Origin: a virus
Virus record (IMG/VR): IMGVR_UViG_3300013104_000002
Span: 32,001 to 96,000 of that record
Length of the DNA stretch: 64,000 bases
Strand: one strand, 5' to 3'
Shown: positions 57,748 through 64,000 of the stretch, one piece after another
How positions within the stretch are numbered: position 1 is the first letter of the stretch
Layout of the letters: the number at the start of each line of letters is the position of its first letter
The notes under the pieces: generated by a model
Told to the model about the DNA's origin: nothing
Seen by the model: the letters and a program-made list of their open reading frames with translations, nothing else
The model's database searches: none
Position numbers and translations under genes: made by a program

Positions 57748-57984
57748 ATGCCAGCCAAAAATAAAGAAACAGGAGAAAAACTACTTATACGTAATTTTAA
57801 AGATGGCAGTAGCCACTTCTGGTGTGGATTTGCACATTTTTATCTAGATGAAAACAATAATCTTTTATGGGCATCTGGAGAACAAGATAATCCACAGTAC
57901 AGAACTGCTATGGAAGCATATATAAAACGCAATAAGAAGAGTTTTAAGCCACGTTTACAAGTTATTGAGGTTGATTATAGGTAA
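57748..57984 (+). CDS. Hypothetical protein
   Basis: 78-aa ORF. Confidence 0.55.
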   Translation: MPAKNKETGEKLLIRNFKDGSSHFWCGFAHFYLDENNNLLWASGEQDNPQYRTAMEAYIKRNKKSFKPRLQVIEVDYR

Positions 57985-58046
57985 GTTATTCCTTTTGGAG
58001 CTGATAAAGGTAAACGAGTTGATGAGGTAGAGAAAAAGCTGTTAAA

Positions 58047-58310
58047 ATGGATGTTACAAAAATATACATTCAAACCTGGCGAAGAAAAACTAAAAGAAGA
58101 GATAATAAGATATTTAAAATGATAGCAACAAAATGTAAAAAGTGCCAACAAATAGGATATTGTGTTTGTAGATTTTCGGCAAAAATAGTTAAAACAGAAG
58201 ATATTAAAGAACTAAAACAAATACTTTACGAATATTCAGGATATTCTTTTGACAGAATACTAAAAGAATGGAGTGATAATTTAAGTGTATATTCTCAAAT
58301 AAATGATTAA
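58047..58310 (+). CDS. Hypothetical protein with a small Cys cluster
   Basis: CKKC...CVC. Confidence 0.5.
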   Translation: MDVTKIYIQTWRRKTKRRDNKIFKMIATKCKKCQQIGYCVCRFSAKIVKTEDIKELKQILYEYSGYSFDRILKEWSDNLSVYSQIND

Positions 58311-58312
58311 AA

Positions 58313-58498
58313 ATGAAAATAGAAATTACAGAAGATAAAAGTAATAAAATGATTTCAATATATGTATTAGACAAGTGTTTATTTGAAGGAAATTACTGGG
58401 ATTTTGATAGAAGTGGAAAAGGATTTAAAAAACTTTTTGAAAGTGCGGGAATAAAAGTTGAAATAGAAGAAAAACCATATGAAGAGTGGTATGATTAG
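58313..58498 (+). CDS. Hypothetical protein
   Basis: 61-aa ORF. Confidence 0.55.
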   Translation: MKIEITEDKSNKMISIYVLDKCLFEGNYWDFDRSGKGFKKLFESAGIKVEIEEKPYEEWYD

Positions 58499-58874
58499 AA
58501 AATATAGTAAAAAAGGATTAGAAAAACGTAAAGAAGAGCGAAAAGACTTTCCAGAATTTTTTCAGAAGCATATTGAAATAGCAAAAAATAAATTTTGCGA
58601 AGAATGTGGAGAAAAATTAAAAGGAAATTCCAGCGAAATAGCCCACATACTTCCAAAATCTTATTATAAGTCTATAAGTACTAACGATAATAATATAATT
58701 TATTTATGCGGAATTTATTCAGAAAACCAATGCCATACAAATTTCGATAATTACGATGAAAAAAAATTCAAAAAAATGCATTGTTATTCAAAAATAAGTA
58801 GTATCTTTACAGAATTAGAAAAAGAAATTACAGAAAAAATAACTTATAAAACCTACGATAGGTATACAGATTAA
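58479..58874 (+). CDS. HNH endonuclease (Zn-binding)
   Basis: CEECG...EIAHILPK...NIIYLC...CHTNFD. Confidence 0.85.
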   Translation: MKSGMIRKYSKKGLEKRKEERKDFPEFFQKHIEIAKNKFCEECGEKLKGNSSEIAHILPKSYYKSISTNDNNIIYLCGIYSENQCHTNFDNYDEKKFKKMHCYSKISSIFTELEKEITEKITYKTYDRYTD

Positions 58875-58876
58875 AT

Positions 58877-59854
58877 ATGGCTACATTAGAGGAAACACTT
58901 AAAAAACTGAATAAAAATAAAAAAGAAGAAGATAAAATCGACAGACTTGGAGATAAAATTATTATAAGCACTAAAACTTCTACTGGAAGCCCTTATTTAG
59001 ATTACCTAACTGGTGGTGGTTTTGCGAATGGTGGATATAACCATATTATTGCTTCTGGTGGTGTAGGTAAAAGTTCAATATCCTTATTAGCATGTAAAGA
59101 TACAATTGAGAGGCGAAAAAAAGTTGCTGTATATTTCGATGCTGAGGGAACATTAAATGAGTCGTATTTTCAAAGAATGAATGTAAATAAAGAAAATTTC
59201 ATTCATATTAAAGGCAGAAATCTTGAAGATATGTTAGATCAAGCAGAAGCATTTGCACAAACAGATGAAGTAGGGATAATTGTATTTGATTCAATCCCTA
59301 TTTTTGTACCTACAGCAGTCCAAGAAAAATCTGCATCAGAAAACAGTATAGGAAATGCTGCTAAAAGATACACGGAACGCATGCCTATTGTTGAAGGATT
59401 TGCAATGAACAGAGATATATGTCTTTTAGGATTAACTAGTTATAAGCTTAACCCAGGCGCAATGGGTTCTGACCCGCGCACACTACCAAGGGGTGAATGG
59501 CAAAAAACTATGGCAAACGTTACTTTAGATTTAACTAAAAAAGAAATGCTAAAAGACGATAAAAAGAATATCGTTGGGCATATTGTAGATGTAAGGGTTA
59601 AAAAAAGTAAAAATAGTGCTTATGATCCAAAAGCAGTTTTTAATATAAATTTTTATAATGATGGAGGATTTAATGAAATCGATGAATATGCTCAAATATT
59701 TACTGAATTAGAAATTGCTAAATCAGGAGGAGCTTGGATTAGTTTTCCAGATAGATTTAGTGAAGAAAAGAAAGTAAACGGCTTAGCAAAATTTATAGAG
59801 TATTTAAAGGCAAATCCAGAAGATTTTGAATTTCTAAAACAACAAGTAGTATGA
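58877..59854 (+). CDS. recA: RecA/UvsX-family recombinase
   Basis: STGSPYLD...GGG, Walker A GGVGKS, YFDAEG, Walker B IVFDS, KKSK. Confidence 0.92.
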   Translation: MATLEETLKKLNKNKKEEDKIDRLGDKIIISTKTSTGSPYLDYLTGGGFANGGYNHIIASGGVGKSSISLLACKDTIERRKKVAVYFDAEGTLNESYFQRMNVNKENFIHIKGRNLEDMLDQAEAFAQTDEVGIIVFDSIPIFVPTAVQEKSASENSIGNAAKRYTERMPIVEGFAMNRDICLLGLTSYKLNPGAMGSDPRTLPRGEWQKTMANVTLDLTKKEMLKDDKKNIVGHIVDVRVKKSKNSAYDPKAVFNINFYNDGGFNEIDEYAQIFTELEIAKSGGAWISFPDRFSEEKKVNGLAKFIEYLKANPEDFEFLKQQVV

Positions 59855-60279
59855 GACCTTTAGAAGATATATTAAACGATTACGAAGAATTAAGAGAATC
59901 TTATAGAAATTTTACCAGAACAGGAGATAGTAACAAAAATAGTCTTATAGAATTTCAGGGAAGATTTATAGATATTAAAGCTGATCTAAAATATTGGAGA
60001 GTTAAATATACTCATGAATGGACTAGAAGGGACGACAAAGCTGCCACAGCGATCAAATTTAGAATAGCAGTTGCTATGACCAGAGGAGAGTACCCAACAG
60101 GAGACGAAGAAACTAAATTACCTACGATTACTAATGCTGAAAAATTAGCCAGTGGCTCTAAAGAATACAGAGAATTTGTGGAACAAAGAGGTTTTTATAA
60201 AGAATCTTTGACAAATTTAAGTGACACTAGAGAAGATATTAATTCGTATATTAACGAGATAAAAGACAGATTAAAATAA
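59851..60279 (+). CDS. Helical protein, possible UvsY-like recombination mediator
   Basis: 142 aa, helical, translationally coupled to recA; inferred from size, fold pattern and context. Confidence 0.4.
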   Translation: MRPLEDILNDYEELRESYRNFTRTGDSNKNSLIEFQGRFIDIKADLKYWRVKYTHEWTRRDDKAATAIKFRIAVAMTRGEYPTGDEETKLPTITNAEKLASGSKEYREFVEQRGFYKESLTNLSDTREDINSYINEIKDRLK

Positions 60280-60281
60280 AT

Positions 60282-60647
60282 ATGTTACACATAATCTACA
60301 TATATGTAATAATTAATAGTTTTATAACTTCTAATTACTTATTTGACAGTTTCAATGATGATGGATTCTTAAAGAAGATACTTATTTTTCTGTTTTTATT
60401 CTTTTTTGGAGCGATTTTTATACTGTTATACTTAATTTTTCAAATCCCTATTTTTGAGTGGTTAAAAAATGAAATTAAATTTATATATCATTTTTATTTA
60501 AGTGACTATTGGAAAAATGCGATAGAAAATAATGAAGAAAGAAGTAAAGAATCAGTACTAGAAATATTAAGTACTTTTGCAAAAAATAGTAATAAACAAA
60601 GCAAAAGACATAACAGATTAATACAGAATAGGTATGAGCAGATTTAA
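60282..60647 (+). CDS. Membrane protein
   Basis: Two hydrophobic helices. Confidence 0.6.
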   Translation: MLHIIYIYVIINSFITSNYLFDSFNDDGFLKKILIFLFLFFFGAIFILLYLIFQIPIFEWLKNEIKFIYHFYLSDYWKNAIENNEERSKESVLEILSTFAKNSNKQSKRHNRLIQNRYEQI

Positions 60648-60792
60648 ATGGTATAGAAAATTATTAGGAGGAACTTGGTACAAACATGAAAATACCTTTC
60701 AGTTACCAGGTTTAATATTTGATTATTTTTGGGCTAGATACAATGAATTAAATAGATATACAAAAGTAATAGATATAGAAGAATGGCAATAA
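60634..60792 (+). CDS. Small hypothetical protein (52 aa)
   Basis: Below the ORF-track cutoff: MSRFKWYRKLLGGTWY...EEWQ; fills the gap and overlaps both neighbours. Confidence 0.65.
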   Translation: MSRFKWYRKLLGGTWYKHENTFQLPGLIFDYFWARYNELNRYTKVIDIEEWQ

Positions 60793-61205
60793 AAAAGAAT
60801 AAGATTATACATTGGAAATACGGAAATGAAATTATAGATGATATTTGTAAAACTCCAGAAGGAAGTATCTCTTTTATTTATAGAATTACTTTAGAAGATG
60901 GTAGATACTATTTAGGCAGAAAGACAATGAAAAAGCCTAATTATACTAGCGGTAAGATGAAAGGACAATGTAAAGGCGAGTATAGCTGGCGTAGTTATAC
61001 AGGGTCTTCAAAAGAACTAACTGCACTAATTAAATCTGGAATAAAGTATGAAAAAGAAATTCTAAAATTTTGCTATTCAAAAGCTGAAACTACTTATGAA
61101 GAAACAAAAACCATACTTTGTTCAGGAGCTTTAACAGATCCTAACTGTTTTAATTTTTGGATAAAAGCTACAGTATACTCGAAACACTTAAAAGAAAACA
61201 GTTAA
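60783..61205 (+). CDS. Small GIY-YIG family nuclease
   Basis: FIYRITL..GRYYLGRK...WRSYTGSSKEL...KEIL...YEE...FN. Confidence 0.8.
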   Translation: MAIKKNKIIHWKYGNEIIDDICKTPEGSISFIYRITLEDGRYYLGRKTMKKPNYTSGKMKGQCKGEYSWRSYTGSSKELTALIKSGIKYEKEILKFCYSKAETTYEETKTILCSGALTDPNCFNFWIKATVYSKHLKENS

Positions 61206-61206
61206 T

Positions 61207-61674
61207 ATGAACTACGATAGTAAAGCAGATACATTAGAGCATATTAAAAGAGTAAGTGAATTACTAGGAGAATGTGCAATAAAATTAATAAAAAGAGCAT
61301 CATTACATGATAATTCAAAATTAGAAAGCCCAGAAAAAGAAGGTTTTGATAAAATGACCCCTATTTTAAAGAATTTAGTTTTTGGCACACCTGAATATAC
61401 AGGATCTCTAAAAGAGCTTGAAGTAACCCTAGAGCATCATTATGCAAATAACAGCCATCATCCACAGCATTATAAAAACGGAGTAAATGGAATGGATTTG
61501 TTTGATGTCATAGAAATGTTTATGGACTGGAAAGCAGCAGGAGAAAGGAATAAGAATGGAGATATTTATAAGTCAATTTTAATTAATAAAGATAGATTTA
61601 ATATTTCTGAACAGTTATGTGATATTTTTAAAAATACAGCCGATAATTTAGATTGGTATTTTGTAGAAAAATAA
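61207..61674 (+). CDS. DUF5662 HD-like phosphohydrolase
   Basis: HIKRV...LHDNSKL...HHYANNSHHPQH...EMFMDW. Confidence 0.8.
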   Translation: MNYDSKADTLEHIKRVSELLGECAIKLIKRASLHDNSKLESPEKEGFDKMTPILKNLVFGTPEYTGSLKELEVTLEHHYANNSHHPQHYKNGVNGMDLFDVIEMFMDWKAAGERNKNGDIYKSILINKDRFNISEQLCDIFKNTADNLDWYFVEK

Positions 61675-61685
61675 ATTAAAAAAGT

Positions 61686-61717
61686 CTTGCGTATATCAAA
61701 TAAATTCCCTAAGTTTA
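61686..61717 (+). promoter_or_regulatory. Probable weaker promoter
   Basis: CTTG-N20-TAAGTTTA. Confidence 0.45.
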
Positions 61718-61739
61718 CAGTAATAAATAAAATATCAAA

Positions 61740-62444
61740 ATGAGAGAGTTAAAAAATGACATTCATTACAAAATCACTTTAGACGAAGATCAAAAATTAG
61801 TTAAATCTGATATTTATGATAAAGAAATTGTTGTGATTTCAGGAAGAGCAGGATCAGGTAAAAGTTTAGTAGTTGCACAAACGGTACTTGATTTAATTTT
61901 TAAAGGATACGTAGATAAGGTGTATGTAACCCGTGCAGCAGTTGAGGTTGGTAAAAGTTTAGGATTTCTTCCTGGTGAGCTTTCTTCAAAATTCGATCCC
62001 TATATTGAGGCATTTAGAGATAATTTATATGCGTGTTATGATAAGAATAAAGTTGATAAGCATCTTACTCATCTAAGTGGAGGTGAAGAAAATAAAGACA
62101 AAAATGCTAATAAAACTACAGTTGCAAAAATTGAAGGTATACCAACACAATATATCCGAGGAAAAACAATAGGGAACAGAGAGGTATTAGTAATAGAAGA
62201 AGGTCAAAATTTAACTGAGTTTGAAATGGAGGCTTTATTAACTCGCCTAGGAAAAGGAGGTAGAATTGTAATTAATGGAGATAATGCACAAAAAGATATC
62301 AGAGAAACTTATACTGGATTAGATTTTGCTATAGAATTAGCTAAAAATATTGAAGGCATTGCTTATCATAAATTGAAATCAAATCACAGGTCAGATTTAG
62401 TTGGTAAAATACTAGATTATAAATATAATAAAGTTTCTAAATAA
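61740..62444 (+). CDS. phoH: PhoH-family ATPase
   Basis: GRAGSGKS, LGFLPG, YIRGKT, EEGQN, LTRLG, GDNAQ. Confidence 0.95.
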   Translation: MRELKNDIHYKITLDEDQKLVKSDIYDKEIVVISGRAGSGKSLVVAQTVLDLIFKGYVDKVYVTRAAVEVGKSLGFLPGELSSKFDPYIEAFRDNLYACYDKNKVDKHLTHLSGGEENKDKNANKTTVAKIEGIPTQYIRGKTIGNREVLVIEEGQNLTEFEMEALLTRLGKGGRIVINGDNAQKDIRETYTGLDFAIELAKNIEGIAYHKLKSNHRSDLVGKILDYKYNKVSK

Positions 62445-62447
62445 ATA

Positions 62448-62479
62448 TTTGCATAATTAAAATAAAAGTATTATATTTG
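62448..62479 (+). promoter_or_regulatory. Bacteroidota-type promoter
   Basis: TTTG-N20-TATATTTG. Confidence 0.85.
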
Positions 62480-62485
62480 CAGTAT

Positions 62486-62980
62486 AAAGATTGAGAAAAT
62501 AAAGTGTGGCTCTTATAGATTAGTTGCGGGTTGATCAGTGTTCCGCGTAAAAAATTAACGAGTCGGCGCAAGTTTAGCTTAGAAATAAGTTCCAAGTATC
62601 ACGAAGGCTGGATTAAATAAACTAAAAAACTCTAACCATAATCAATTTTTAACAGAAACAGAAGTTGCCCCAAAATAAATATTCGTAACGTTAAATCGTA
62701 ATAGGCGCACGAAGGAGTTATTCCGCGATATTTATCTTCTGTTTTTATTATTTTGCGCGAAATCTAAAAAATATAAAGATCAAGCAGTTGTATATATTTC
62801 AGAATTAGGATCGTAATTACGCAACTTAAAATAAGTAATTCAAAGAAGACTATGAGTTTTTGACGGTTGAGCCTTTAAAACTGTTCCCTTCCTGCCGATG
62901 AGAATGGCTTATTTGGGTTAAAATAATAAAATAACGTATAGAAAGTAAGGGAGTGAAAAGCTTGAAAGTAGCTCCCTTTT
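62486..62980 (+). ncRNA. Candidate large structured non-coding RNA of unknown class
   Basis: Long ORF-free stretch, GC-richer than other intergenic DNA, bounded by a promoter and a terminator, with many nested helices. Confidence 0.6.
62947..62980 (+). terminator. Terminator-like hairpin
   Basis: AAGGGAG...CTCCCTT followed by TT. Confidence 0.6.
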
Positions 62981-62992
62981 AAATTAAAAATT

Positions 62993-63136
62993 ATGACAAA
63001 ATTCACTAAAGGCTTCACTTATTTTTATAATGGTCGGAAATTAAAAGATTTCGATGAGTGGGAAAAATATTTTAAGAAAGCTCCAACAACAGTAACTACA
63101 ATAATTAAAAACCTAGAAGTGCATTTATATGATTAA
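62993..63136 (+). CDS. Small hypothetical protein (47 aa)
   Basis: AAAAATTATG start context; MTKFTKGFTYFYNG...; overlaps the next gene. Confidence 0.55.
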   Translation: MTKFTKGFTYFYNGRKLKDFDEWEKYFKKAPTTVTTIIKNLEVHLYD

Positions 63137-63623
63137 TTTTACAGAAAGTAATACAGGAGGAATAATTTTTATTTCAAATTTAGGTTTTTCCACAGAACAA
63201 AGTAAAAAAGAACAAGAAATGGGACACCGATTATATGATGAAGCCAGAGAGCAACAAAATAAAATACAATATAAAAACTACTTAACTTCTAAAGAATTAA
63301 GTGACATGGAAGAAGTAAAAGAAACAGGAGTAAAACTAAACCAAGGAAAACCAGAACTATCTTTGTTATTTAAACAGTTCCCAAAAGCTTTAGAGGCAAT
63401 TGCTAAATGTTCCGAATATGGTCATACTAAATATAAAGAAACAGATACAGATTATTTGAATTTTAAGCGTGTTCCAGGAGGAAGTAAAGCCTATGCAGAT
63501 GCTGGATTAAGGCACAGACTTTTTAAGGAAGGAACAACAGATTTAGATAGTCAATTACCACATTCTTTCCATACTGCATGGAATGCTTTGGCGGAGTTAG
63601 AACTTATACTAGAAAATAAATAA
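63129..63623 (+). CDS. dATP/dGTP diphosphohydrolase-domain protein (DUF5664)
   Basis: GVKLNQGKP...ALEAIAKCSEYG..KY...DAGLRH...DSQLPH..H.AWNAL. Confidence 0.85.
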   Translation: MINFTESNTGGIIFISNLGFSTEQSKKEQEMGHRLYDEAREQQNKIQYKNYLTSKELSDMEEVKETGVKLNQGKPELSLLFKQFPKALEAIAKCSEYGHTKYKETDTDYLNFKRVPGGSKAYADAGLRHRLFKEGTTDLDSQLPHSFHTAWNALAELELILENK

Positions 63624-63631
63624 AATTAATT

Positions 63632-63790
63632 ATGAGACTAAAAGTCCATCTAATATCACAATCTAAGCCTGTAGAGCATATAGAAGTTATAAATACATAT
63701 ATAAAATCAGGTATGTATTGTATTTTATTACCTAATGAAGAGGTATATAAATATCCAATGATAAATATATTTAGAGTAATTGAAAATTAA
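63632..63790 (+). CDS. Small hypothetical protein (52 aa)
   Basis: MRLKVHL...KYPMINIFRVIEN; good start context. Confidence 0.6.
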   Translation: MRLKVHLISQSKPVEHIEVINTYIKSGMYCILLPNEEVYKYPMINIFRVIEN

Positions 63791-63799
63791 TAAAAAAGA

Positions 63800-64000
63800 A
63801 TGACAAAAATTAAACTATTATATCTAACTAAAGTAGGTATACGACCAAACGAAATCGGCGAAAAAAGAATTCAAAATGCTTTAGAAAAAGAAAAATCAGC
63901 AGGTAAAACAGATGGTATGCCTCTAAGTTTCTATATAGAAAATAATTTAAGACCGCCAGATGATGTTGAAGACGATCAATCAGAGATAGATGAAGACGGA
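63800..64000 (+). CDS. Hypothetical protein, partial
   Basis: Open from the ATG at 63800 to the window edge. Confidence 0.55.
   Translation, partial: MTKIKLLYLTKVGIRPNEIGEKRIQNALEKEKSAGKTDGMPLSFYIENNLRPPDDVEDDQSEIDEDG

Noticed and set aside
48688-59854. Inteins in the terminase or RecA
   Set aside because: No C/S...HN-C/S/T splice junction or LAGLIDADG blocks seen; RecA has normal length.
62486-62980. tmRNA, RNase P RNA, group I/II intron or CRISPR mini-array
   Set aside because: No tRNA-like ends or tag frame, no GAGGAAAGUCC, GACTAT lacks an ATAGTC partner, no domain V, no regularly spaced repeats.
1-64000. Stop-codon reassignment (TAG or TGA), known in some Crassvirales
   Set aside because: Genes are long and intact under code 11; TGA and TAG occur at plausible gene ends; no suppressor tRNA found.

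Overview
This is an AT-rich (roughly 30% GC by eye) segment of a crAss-like phage (Crassvirales-type podovirus). The host is probably a Bacteroidota/Flavobacteriia: promoters are TTTG-N20-TAnnTTTG, leaders are A-rich and lack Shine-Dalgarno sequences, and the standard genetic code is used. Positions 1-54052 (minus strand) hold the virion module. In transcription order it carries small late genes (GroES-like, wHTH, HU-like, Cys-rich, Ig-like), terminase large subunit, portal, scaffold-like protein, major capsid protein, ring/auxiliary capsid proteins, a lysis cassette (membrane proteins plus GH19 endolysin), tail hub/fibre genes, ring proteins, a split muzzle/tail-stabilisation gene and large injected cargo proteins. 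The last of these runs off the window edge and carries an ADP-ribosyltransferase-like domain. Three homing-endonuclease-like genes are inserted in this module. Positions 54240-64000 (plus strand) hold early/middle genes: a wHTH protein, DUF4326, HNH, RecA/UvsX, a UvsY-like protein, GIY-YIG, an HD-like DUF5662 protein, PhoH and a DUF5664 dNTP diphosphohydrolase. The main unexplained features are: (1) ten (A/M/Y)-Q-(Q/E)-G-(G) motifs that bracket enzyme modules (lysozymes, zincin peptidases) in two cargo proteins, suggesting processed effector polyproteins; (2) a ~490-nt structured non-coding region with its own promoter and terminator; (3) a kissing-loop 5' leader; (4) a muzzle gene split at Cys-rich junctions; and (5) an endonuclease insertion that orphaned the C-terminus of its host gene. 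All family assignments come from motif recognition and synteny by eye; no database searches were run.
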